Below are positions 35,702 through 44,240 of a stretch of DNA of 44,817 nucleotides, in pieces. Origin of the DNA: a virus (lineage: Duplodnaviria > Caudoviricetes). The position numbers and the translations under genes were made by a program. The stretch lies in the IMG/VR virus record IMGVR_UViG_3300032243_001875, positions 1 to 44,817 of that record. One strand, 5' to 3'. Positions within the stretch are counted from its first letter, which is position 1; every line of letters begins with the position of its first letter. The notes beneath the pieces were generated by a model. It had not been told where the DNA came from. It saw nothing but the letters and a program-made list of their open reading frames with translations, and made no database searches.

Positions 35702-36319
35702 ATGCTCATTAGAGATTTTACAAAAATGTACTGCATTAACTTGCCTCGCAGAGTTGATCGCAGACAACATGCAAAAGAAGTATTTCAAAAATTCAATCTT
35801 AACGTCAACTTTGTAGATGCAGTTGATGGGAGAACTCTATCAAATACTGGTGACATTAAGCCTGGAGAGGCTGGCTGCTGCCTTTCGCACAGAAAAGTAT
35901 TAGAAATGATAATAGCAGACCCATCTATAGAAACTGCTCTAATAATGGAAGATGATGTAGAGTTTGACAGGAATGTAGCTATAAGGTTTGCCCAATACGT
36001 CAAAGGAGTTCCGTCTGACTGGCAGCTTCTATATCTGGGCGGCAGTCATAGAAGTAATCCTGTACAAAAAATAACCCCACATGTTCATAAGCTAAAAAAA
36101 ACCTATACAACACACTGCTACGGCATCAAAAGAGAAGCTGCAGAAAATTTAATAAAATTCTTTGCCGATGACAGAATATTTAAAAAACCTGCGGATCTGC
36201 ACTTGGCAGACTTCCAAAAACAATATCCATGCTATGGATTTATGCCCAGTATAGCATGGCAAAAGGCTGGATATTCAGATATTAGAGAAGATTTTAAAGA
36301 CTATAAGCATATAAGATAA
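35702..36319 (+). CDS. glycosyltransferase family 25 (paralog of 19824-20438)
   Basis: YCINL.RR.DRR, AVDG, GEAGCCLSH, EDDVEF and TTHCY. Confidence 0.88.
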   Translation: MLIRDFTKMYCINLPRRVDRRQHAKEVFQKFNLNVNFVDAVDGRTLSNTGDIKPGEAGCCLSHRKVLEMIIADPSIETALIMEDDVEFDRNVAIRFAQYVKGVPSDWQLLYLGGSHRSNPVQKITPHVHKLKKTYTTHCYGIKREAAENLIKFFADDRIFKKPADLHLADFQKQYPCYGFMPSIAWQKAGYSDIREDFKDYKHIR

Positions 36320-36355
36320 TGTAGGAATCTAACTTTACATAATGTAATTATAAAG

Positions 36356-36706
36356 ATGATAAAAATAAGCAGCCAAAATTTTACCAAAAAAGCAGCATCA
36401 ATTGTAGATGCACTACACAACGACTGTATTTCACTCATAGAGCAATTAGGGAAATTTGGAATCGTAACTACACCAGGCGCAGCAAAAGGCGTCGAATCTT
36501 CAAATCCTTGGGCAAAGCAGTGGAAATGTCTAGCAGAACAGGCAAAAGAAGCAGAAAATGCAGAATTGTTGCAAAAATTCAAGAATACACTTATAGAGGC
36601 ATTGGATTATAAACAAAAAAATCCAGGAATGAAAGGTGTTAATTTTTCTCAACTAAGTTCTGCATCGGAGCTTTTACCCCTGATACAGTCTATAGGATCT
36701 AAGTAA
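36356..36706 (+). CDS. hypothetical protein (N-terminus MIKISSQNFTKKAA)
   Basis: 116-aa ORF. Confidence 0.65.
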   Translation: MIKISSQNFTKKAASIVDALHNDCISLIEQLGKFGIVTTPGAAKGVESSNPWAKQWKCLAEQAKEAENAELLQKFKNTLIEALDYKQKNPGMKGVNFSQLSSASELLPLIQSIGSK

Positions 36707-36709
36707 TAA

Positions 36710-36868
36710 TTAGCAATGAGCTATAAGCATAGTGATTAGGCTAGCCAAAGACAAGCCTAAAACTGTACCAATAATAAAACCATGCATCCATGAACATGCA
36801 TCATCAATTATACTATTAGATGGCATGTTTTTTTCTGCTGCTGTAATTGCAGCAGCTTTTGCTTTCAT
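36710..36868 (-). CDS. small C-terminally membrane-anchored protein
   Basis: GFIIGTVLGLSLASLITMLIA hydrophobic tail; start uncertain. Confidence 0.5.
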   Translation of the reverse strand: MKAKAAAITAAEKNMPSNSIIDDACSWMHGFIIGTVLGLSLASLITMLIAHC

Positions 36869-36893
36869 ATTCTTATGCTTTAAACTGGTTTTG

Positions 36894-37436
36894 CTAGCTG
36901 AGTTTTTCAAGTAGAATTCTCACTTTCATTTTTTCCATTAACTCGCCAAGACTAAGAATCTTTTTCATAATTTCACTATGCTTATGACTGTTAAACTTGA
37001 AAGATACTCCAGATTGATTTATACTCCAAACATCAAACCATTTCTGATAACTATCATCCATAGATTTAATAGCAACATCAAAATATACTTCCTGCTCAGA
37101 TTGTGAGCGAGTAATACCTTCCTCCCCAGAAGGCTCTACTGTATTGTCAGTGGCAATTATTTTATAAGCCCAGTTGTACACATGGTTATCAAAATTTGTA
37201 TGCATGTAAGCAGAGACCTTAACTCCAATCCCACAACTGGTAGTATCTGATATTGCTTCTAAACGAATAGTTTGCTTACTTTTGAAAATAGTAAACTTCC
37301 AGCCATCAACTATTGATTCAATTGGCTCAGGCTTCTGATATTCATCCCAGTGGAAATTGCTATAATTATTTTTAGTTGCAAAACTTTTCCAAATCTGCTG
37401 TATATTCTTGGTGTTATTGTTCTTTGACTTTGCCAT
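36894..37436 (-). CDS. hypothetical protein
   Basis: Start reassigned to MAKSK, 8 nt beyond the upstream stop. Confidence 0.7.
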   Translation of the reverse strand: MAKSKNNNTKNIQQIWKSFATKNNYSNFHWDEYQKPEPIESIVDGWKFTIFKSKQTIRLEAISDTTSCGIGVKVSAYMHTNFDNHVYNWAYKIIATDNTVEPSGEEGITRSQSEQEVYFDVAIKSMDDSYQKWFDVWSINQSGVSFKFNSHKHSEIMKKILSLGELMEKMKVRILLEKLS

Positions 37437-37444
37437 ACCTATTT

Positions 37445-38044
37445 TTATGCAGAAGGCATTCCTTGCAGTATACAATTGTTGAAGATTTCCAAATTTAAAT
37501 GCATACAAAAAGCAGGCAGTCCATATTTAGTTCTTTTAGCGGGAATATTTACCCATGCTTTTGGAAAAATATGCACATCTAAATCTGCATATTCTGCCAA
37601 CGTATTTTTACAAGGAAGAAATATTACAGATTTACTGGAAGTCCATTGTTTGCCTGAAGGCATATGCCAAAGATTAAAACAAGAAGTTTGCCAAGAATCT
37701 TTTGGATGGATACCGCTTATTCTGTAAGATCTAATCATTTCAACACGATATGGCTCATGACTTTGTAAATGGTTCATCCATACAAGAACTTTATCTTTAC
37801 TTGCATTCTTCATAACATGCATAAGTCTTGTCATGAGAAATCGAGCAGGATGCGCAGAATTAGCACCTGAAGATAGACATACCGACTTCAATATCAACTT
37901 AGACCTATCTCGTTCTGATATAAACTCACTTCCTATGTTTTCATATATGTGAGACTCAATAGATTTAATTGAACTAAAATTGACAGGTTCAGAAAAGAAC
38001 TTATCTATTTTTTGGTAATTAATATTACTGAGAAATTTTAGCAT
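37445..38044 (-). CDS. hypothetical protein
   Basis: Likely start MLKFL at 38044; TCGATA motif 20 nt upstream. Confidence 0.65.
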   Translation of the reverse strand: MLKFLSNINYQKIDKFFSEPVNFSSIKSIESHIYENIGSEFISERDRSKLILKSVCLSSGANSAHPARFLMTRLMHVMKNASKDKVLVWMNHLQSHEPYRVEMIRSYRISGIHPKDSWQTSCFNLWHMPSGKQWTSSKSVIFLPCKNTLAEYADLDVHIFPKAWVNIPAKRTKYGLPAFCMHLNLEIFNNCILQGMPSA

Positions 38045-38336
38045 GAAAGCTCCAGATACACATATATCGAACGTCATTGACAAGATTTCTGCACTTGGCC
38101 TGTACCAGATACACGGCTGGCCCCTTAATAAATGGAAAAAAATATTATTAGCCAACAACTGTGATATTGTTATTGAATGGCTAGCTTTTGCTGAAAAAAT
38201 AATTGCGGTAAAAAGGCCATGGACTCCCGAATATAACAGAATAGAAATGCAAAAAGAACTCGAATTATTCCCAAAAAGACTCGAGCTCTGCCATATGGCT
38301 TATAAATATCAAGAAAACTCAAACGATATTTCTTGA
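38043..38336 (+). CDS. hypothetical protein
   Basis: 97-aa ORF filling the gap; shares the CATG with the divergent gene. Confidence 0.55.
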   Translation: MKAPDTHISNVIDKISALGLYQIHGWPLNKWKKILLANNCDIVIEWLAFAEKIIAVKRPWTPEYNRIEMQKELELFPKRLELCHMAYKYQENSNDIS

Positions 38337-38723
38337 ACTAATGTTATAATTTTTCTCTACCAAGATTGTGTCTATATTTTTTATCATTTCAGATATTTTT
38401 ATAAATTCTGATAATAAAATTAAAAGATTAGCTCCACTAAAAGAAATCTGCTCTCTTGGAGAAAAAATGGTATAATTACCATTACTAACTTTTATATCCA
38501 ATTCAGATATTTTTGAAATTTTTTCAAGAGCGTACATAGTGACGCTTTTTTCAAATATATCAAAATCTAAATTTGAGCTATCACACCAATCCCATATGTC
38601 ATGGGTATTTTTAATATTTACCATATTTTCGGGACGTGCAGAAGGAATAGCGCTCCATATATATTGTATATGCCCATTAATCATATCTATATATTTAGAA
38701 TTTCTATCCCAGTCATGAATCAT
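38319..38723 (-). CDS. hypothetical protein
   Basis: 134-aa ORF immediately downstream of tRNA-Gln. Confidence 0.65.
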   Translation of the reverse strand: MIHDWDRNSKYIDMINGHIQYIWSAIPSARPENMVNIKNTHDIWDWCDSSNLDFDIFEKSVTMYALEKISKISELDIKVSNGNYTIFSPREQISFSGANLLILLSEFIKISEMIKNIDTILVEKNYNISSRNIV

Positions 38724-38730
38724 AATCTAA

Positions 38731-38801
38731 TTCCCTCGCCTGGATTCGAACCAAGACAAGAACCTTCAAAGGGTTCCGTGCTACCGTTACACCACAAGGG
38801 A
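38731..38801 (-). tRNA. tRNA-Gln(TTG)
   Basis: TCCCTTG TGGTGTAACGGTAGCAC G GAACC-CTTTGAA-GGTTC ... CTTGG-TTCGAAT-CCAGG CGAGGGA A. Confidence 0.92.
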
Positions 38802-38880
38802 TCACATCATCCTATGCATATTCTATCGACGTGCAAACAGGTAAATAAAAAGAAAAAAATAAACAATAGAAGAAAACATT

Positions 38881-39282
38881 ATGAATTGGTTCCAAAAAGC
38901 ATCACAAAAAATATCTTATACCGGAGTAATCTTGGATGAGCAAAGCCACAACTTGCTATTAGACAAGATGTCTACTTTCATCCCAGGAAGCTGGAAGAAA
39001 TATGCACATCATATGACGATCAATCTGGGACCAGCTAAAGATCCAGAAAAAATAGGCAGCAGCATAAAGCTTGTGGCAACACAATGGGCCAAAGATGAAA
39101 AAGCCTTAGCAGTCATGGTCGAAGGGCTACCAGTGAAGGACGGGAGAACTCCCCATGTTACAGTTGCAGTCAATGTTATGGATGGGGGAAAACCTAAAGA
39201 CAGCAACAATCTAAAATCCTGGCAGCCAATTAGCGAACCGATTATTTTACATGGTGTGATTAAAGAAGTCGCTATGCAGTAA
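38881..39282 (+). CDS. 2H phosphoesterase (tRNA-ligase cyclic phosphodiesterase-like) with MNWFQKAS N-terminal tag
   Basis: Two HxT motifs, HHMTI and PHVTV; GGKPKDSN. Confidence 0.8.
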   Translation: MNWFQKASQKISYTGVILDEQSHNLLLDKMSTFIPGSWKKYAHHMTINLGPAKDPEKIGSSIKLVATQWAKDEKALAVMVEGLPVKDGRTPHVTVAVNVMDGGKPKDSNNLKSWQPISEPIILHGVIKEVAMQ

Positions 39283-40162
39283 TGAAATTATGCAATGTAT
39301 GATATAAGCCTTGAGACATCAAATCTTGAGGCTTTATTCGCTTACCTTCAAAGTAAATTCTCATAAGATTATTTCTTATTTGGTCTAGACTTTTTATTTT
39401 ATGCCCAAAGAATTCTGATGCGCTTCTGCGCCTGTTAAAATTAAACTTGCCTATCTTTTCAAATTCATCTAATCTGGTGCTGCATACGAAACCAGCATGC
39501 ACATGATGTTTGAAAGAGACGCACATATTAGTATGTTTTATTCTGGCAAGATTCTTATCTACAATTGATTCCATTTGCCATATAGGAACATTTTCTATGC
39601 CCAAAAAGGAAAGCTTAGCCAATTGCAATGGCATCATCCATGGCCAATTACTATAAGATCTTTTGCCTTCTTCATGTTTTATTATTTTTAAAAATCCACT
39701 ACCTGATGTTTTTAGTTTTTTCCATCCGTAATTAGACTTAGAAAGTTGAAGATAAATGTTGTTAGCAGCAACTTCCGAAAGAGCTTTCTCTAAATCCGAG
39801 CCGGATTGACTAGGGAATACGCAATCTGGCGGGATCATATTTTCTTCAGCAGATGAATCATCAATTAAGATAGGGCATGGCAAGAAATCGTCTTCAGCAA
39901 ACATAACTAGTTCAGCCTTGTTTTCATTAATGAATGATGAGACTAACCCACCAGCACTACCTTTTTTCCACTCGTTTTTATTAACGCTTGATCGAATTAC
40001 GCGATCATAAAAAGGCGCAAGTTTATCAATACAGCCTAAATCAGAACCATCATCAAGTAGGACAAATTCATTTACAAAAGGAAAGTAATGCCTGGCCAAT
40101 TCTAAATGAACTTGAGCAAAATAAGGCCTATTCCAGTGCAAAATACCATATGATACCTTCAA
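39272..40162 (-). CDS. GT2-like glycosyltransferase
   Basis: LHWNRP, LDDGSD and AEDDF; paralog of the next gene. Confidence 0.75.
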   Translation of the reverse strand: MKVSYGILHWNRPYFAQVHLELARHYFPFVNEFVLLDDGSDLGCIDKLAPFYDRVIRSSVNKNEWKKGSAGGLVSSFINENKAELVMFAEDDFLPCPILIDDSSAEENMIPPDCVFPSQSGSDLEKALSEVAANNIYLQLSKSNYGWKKLKTSGSGFLKIIKHEEGKRSYSNWPWMMPLQLAKLSFLGIENVPIWQMESIVDKNLARIKHTNMCVSFKHHVHAGFVCSTRLDEFEKIGKFNFNRRRSASEFFGHKIKSLDQIRNNLMRIYFEGKRIKPQDLMSQGLYHTLHNFITA

Positions 40163-41100
40163 TTCATTACCTCTTGTGCAAATTTTTCAAATGTTGCTCT
40201 TAAACCAATTGTTTTTAAATCTTCAAGTTTAATCTCTGGCTTATTGAGCAACCATTTTTCCAAAAACTTTTTATTGAAATCATCTATTGTAGAAAATTCT
40301 TCTTCTTTTCCAATTGAAGTAACAAAAGCCTTTGATTGCTCATTTCTAATAGCAGCTTTTTCTGTTTTTTCTGTATATCGCATGTCTTTCTTTGAAAATG
40401 GCAGACCAACATGCACGAACAACCTCTTGTCTGCACACCAATTCCAATTTCCTTTACCATAATTATCAGTCATCCATTTGTTTAAATGACTCTCAACCTT
40501 CCACATGCCTGCACTTTTTGGCAAACTTAAAAATCTAGCATTGCTAGATTTCATCATCCATGGCCAATTGCTATAATAAAATCTTGTTTTTTTTGCATGA
40601 TCTATTTGATGCCACTTTATTGCATTGGACCTAGTTTTTCCTGTAACTGGTACTCCCTTCCATCCACAATGATCCCGAGATGGCTGAACCATTACTGCCT
40701 GCTGCACATTGAATAAAAATACTGCATCAGCCATAACATCTGGTCCATTTTCTAGTCTTGCATCTGGATATGTCCCATTTTCGTAAAAAGAATTATCATC
40801 TATACCATTTGGCCATAAAAAGAAGTCATCTTCGGAAAAGCTGACAAAAGTACCCTTACACTTTGACAATGCTGCTCGTATAGTATTGGAAGCAGAACTT
40901 TCTTTCCATTCAAACTTATGGTTAGGCTGAACATATACGATATCTGCACCAATATTGGAGATATAGCTTAAAACCTCGGAGTCTGATCCGTCGTCAGCTA
41001 TAATTATTTGAGATACTGAAGGGCAGTATGTTTTTATAAGCTCAATATGAGTCTTCAAAAGCCAGGGACGATTATAATGAAGAACAACATGGCTAATCAT
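40159..41100 (-). CDS. GT2-like glycosyltransferase
   Basis: LHYNRP, ADDGSD, SEDDF and YSNWPWMM. Confidence 0.78.
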   Translation of the reverse strand: MISHVVLHYNRPWLLKTHIELIKTYCPSVSQIIIADDGSDSEVLSYISNIGADIVYVQPNHKFEWKESSASNTIRAALSKCKGTFVSFSEDDFFLWPNGIDDNSFYENGTYPDARLENGPDVMADAVFLFNVQQAVMVQPSRDHCGWKGVPVTGKTRSNAIKWHQIDHAKKTRFYYSNWPWMMKSSNARFLSLPKSAGMWKVESHLNKWMTDNYGKGNWNWCADKRLFVHVGLPFSKKDMRYTEKTEKAAIRNEQSKAFVTSIGKEEEFSTIDDFNKKFLEKWLLNKPEIKLEDLKTIGLRATFEKFAQEVMN

Positions 41101-43457
41101 TTTTTATTCCTCAATAAAGATATGCCAAAATCCATATATTTTTTTACCGACATTTTAATGTGCAAGTCGCTATTGTCAAAGTTTATAATTGGCTTTTTAA
41201 TACTGTTTATATATGAATTGGCAACTTCTTGAAGGCTTATTGCTGGAGGGTCTTTAGGATTTGCCTGCTCTCCACGCCATATTGTATCACCTATTTGATA
41301 TCCTCTACCTCTAACTATTTCTTGAGTACCTCCAGAATTAGTATGTATAACCTGTTTACCAGCCATAATGCTTTCAACAACAGAATTTGGGCACCAATCT
41401 ATCCATGCCAAATGAACCGTACCAACACAGCCAGCTATATAGCCTGCTAGTTGCTGCCTATTTAAATCGCCAACGTATTTAATTAACGGATGACTTATAT
41501 GATAGTCTGGAGGTCCAGAAACAACAAGATAGTGATCATTAATGCCAGACTCCAAAAATCCTTCAACTGCTTCCTTAAGTCTTTTGTGTCGTCTCCATTT
41601 ACATAAGGCTAAGAAGTATGGCTTGTCAAGCGCAACCGATGAAGCATTAAACTCAGATGGATCGCATCCGTTGTAGATAATTGCGTTAGGATGTGAACGC
41701 TTGAAATTTAATATTTTACATCCCAAGTCTTTGCAATACTGGCTTTGATATATTATACCATCAGCAGCAAACATAGAATTTAAAATACTACGATTTCTGC
41801 TTTGGGTTAATAAAGTTCCGTCAAAATAAACTCCATCTAATCTTTTTATGTTTATTTTTGAATATTTATTTGGATTATTTATATAAAAATGGATACTAGA
41901 ACGCTCTCCCCCACGCACAATGGAATATCCCTCTTCTCTTAAGCCTTCTCGAACACGCTGAAAAAACTTATGCTTACCGCTTGAATCATTATCTGGAAGA
42001 TCAAAACTAACTGATATTTTATTTTCTGAGTTATGATCAACTATCAAGTTTTTTTTTAAGTTTTCTTGATCTGATTCTATTTTAAATACCATAATATTTT
42101 GAGGAATATATTTTGGTATTTTTGGCACATTACTCAATAAGCCATTTGATATTTTGTCAGATAAATCGCGGCGATATTTAAATCCTAAAGCCTCTATCTT
42201 TTTAATCCAATACTCTTTTGGCTGACAATTAAAATGATACACCCCTTCCTGTCCTGGCTTGGCAGCAGTTATAACTATCATGCGAGAAGAGCTATTTGCA
42301 AGATTCTTACAAAAATTATCAGCTTGCTCTGGAAGTAAATGCTCGGCAACTTCGATAGACACTGCAGCGTCATATTTACCCCAACTATTAACTTCTGCAA
42401 CATTACCAAACTTAATTGAGTCTGCTACTTCGACAGCAAGATGAGGCTTCGCTGCGTCATATCCTATTTCTATACCACATAAATTTTCCACCCCATGAGC
42501 CTTAGCTCCGGCGAGAAAAGATCCTATTCCACAACCAAGATCTATCACAGAAGTAAGACCAAGCTTCATGGTAACATATTTGCCAATAGAAAAATTATAC
42601 TCATGCTTTCCTCCGACACGTTTAGCAAAAAAATCTTCTTGATAAAGGTCCTGTGGAGATTTAGCAGCTATTGGAGCTGCCTCTTCGTTAGATATTTTCT
42701 GTTTACCATTCATAATTTTTGCACTTGCATCATAAGAAGAAAGTCTTATGCACTCTGATGTGTCTACTTTCCTTATTTCGACAAGACTCATCAACTCGCT
42801 TGAAAGTCTTTTGTTATTCTCTTTTTTCCATTTACTTTTGTGCATTTGATGTTCGTGTTGCCTATATAGTGCAACAGGAGAATCCAAAAAGCATATAGAA
42901 AAATTGTGATTAAAGACTCTAGCCCACATTTCCCTATCACTCTTACACTTCAACATCTCGTCATACAGGCCAATTTTATCGTGAATAGATTTTTTCAACA
43001 TTACGCCTTGAGGATGGATGTATTTCCAGCGCAATGGATCATATTTATGCTTTATCCATTTGCTACGCATTTCATTTTCCCATCTGCCTCTTTTGGAAAA
43101 ATTGTAAGCCCAACCATGGACAAGGTCATGACCTTTCATTATTTTGTTAACACGTAAGCTAATAGAGTCTGGCATCAACATGTCGTCTGCGTCCAGCATG
43201 CATATAAAATCACCGTTTGCGCACTTTATGCCAACATTCTTGGCTGTTGAATAACCGTAATTACTATTTAGCCTCACAAGCCTAACCTTACTATATTTGT
43301 TGATATAAGATTCAACAACTGAGCAACCATCGTCAGAAGACCCATCATCTACAACTATCATTTCTAAATCGTCATAATTTTGAGTGACTACGCTTCGTAT
43401 ACAATCTCCTATATACGCTTTATAGTTAAATAAGGTGGTAATTACTGATACTTTCAT
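41097..43457 (-). CDS. three-domain fusion: GT2 + SAM methyltransferase + GT4
   Basis: VDDGSSD/LDADD; IDLGCGIG/EVAEHL; DWCPNSVVES...TNSGG. Start at 43457 (ATGA overlap). Confidence 0.88.
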   Translation of the reverse strand: MKVSVITTLFNYKAYIGDCIRSVVTQNYDDLEMIVVDDGSSDDGCSVVESYINKYSKVRLVRLNSNYGYSTAKNVGIKCANGDFICMLDADDMLMPDSISLRVNKIMKGHDLVHGWAYNFSKRGRWENEMRSKWIKHKYDPLRWKYIHPQGVMLKKSIHDKIGLYDEMLKCKSDREMWARVFNHNFSICFLDSPVALYRQHEHQMHKSKWKKENNKRLSSELMSLVEIRKVDTSECIRLSSYDASAKIMNGKQKISNEEAAPIAAKSPQDLYQEDFFAKRVGGKHEYNFSIGKYVTMKLGLTSVIDLGCGIGSFLAGAKAHGVENLCGIEIGYDAAKPHLAVEVADSIKFGNVAEVNSWGKYDAAVSIEVAEHLLPEQADNFCKNLANSSSRMIVITAAKPGQEGVYHFNCQPKEYWIKKIEALGFKYRRDLSDKISNGLLSNVPKIPKYIPQNIMVFKIESDQENLKKNLIVDHNSENKISVSFDLPDNDSSGKHKFFQRVREGLREEGYSIVRGGERSSIHFYINNPNKYSKINIKRLDGVYFDGTLLTQSRNRSILNSMFAADGIIYQSQYCKDLGCKILNFKRSHPNAIIYNGCDPSEFNASSVALDKPYFLALCKWRRHKRLKEAVEGFLESGINDHYLVVSGPPDYHISHPLIKYVGDLNRQQLAGYIAGCVGTVHLAWIDWCPNSVVESIMAGKQVIHTNSGGTQEIVRGRGYQIGDTIWRGEQANPKDPPAISLQEVANSYINSIKKPIINFDNSDLHIKMSVKKYMDFGISLLRNKK

Positions 43458-44212
43458 TCTGCTGAAATGATTGGATGAGGTGTTATTTTCCACATATTAC
43501 GCCTCCTGCGAGCCTCAGAGATAACTTTATGCCATTGAGCCCTAGAAGGCTCTGTATGGCCTATGGAGTCTTTCCTGCCTGTTCTCCAAAGGTAGCACGG
43601 CCTGTCAAGAAATAGGCCATCAGCAAGCTCCTCAAGCCTATATCCCATATACTTGTCAACTGCACATTTCATGTTCTGCGCCCAAACTTTGTCCAATCTT
43701 TCTATTCGCTTAGAGAATGTCCTAAAATGACTGTAGCAATGCTTGTTTCGCTGACCTTCATTAAGCAAATTGCTGTTCGGTGGAGGGCATGAGCTAAAAC
43801 CCTTGCGCATTGGCTTTAGATTAAAGTCAGCAGTCATAAATTGAGTATATATGTATCCAATATGAGGATATTTCATATATTGCTCCATGACTGAACTGAC
43901 AGCACCAGGAAGCAATGCATCATCTGCGTCTAAACAACCGAAAAAATCACCCTTAGATATATCAAAAGCAATTTTAAGACAATTTCCATAATATTGTCTT
44001 GTACTGTTTCTTATATATTCTACTTGTATGTCTTTATTAGCCAGTTTTTGAGCATATTTAGAAAATTGATCACCTGTACCGTCTGTACTGCAATCATCAA
44101 CAAAAGATACCCTTAAAGGTCTATAATCTTGCACTAATACACTTTCCATCCAAGTGTCTAAGTACGACAAATTATTATAGCTTGCTGTTAATAGTGTAAA
44201 AATGGAGGTCAT
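43454..44212 (-). CDS. GT2 glycosyltransferase
   Basis: ASYN, QDY, VDDCSTDGT, LDADD and AVD. Confidence 0.88.
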   Translation of the reverse strand: MTSIFTLLTASYNNLSYLDTWMESVLVQDYRPLRVSFVDDCSTDGTGDQFSKYAQKLANKDIQVEYIRNSTRQYYGNCLKIAFDISKGDFFGCLDADDALLPGAVSSVMEQYMKYPHIGYIYTQFMTADFNLKPMRKGFSSCPPPNSNLLNEGQRNKHCYSHFRTFSKRIERLDKVWAQNMKCAVDKYMGYRLEELADGLFLDRPCYLWRTGRKDSIGHTEPSRAQWHKVISEARRRRNMWKITPHPIISAE

Positions 44213-44240
44213 GGACCCAAAGTCCTCGAAAAATAGAATA

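Noticed and set aside
38601-38939. 112-aa plus-strand ORF and other short antisense ORFs in the track
   Set aside because: They lie antisense to tRNA-Gln or to well-supported genes and show no motifs or start signals.
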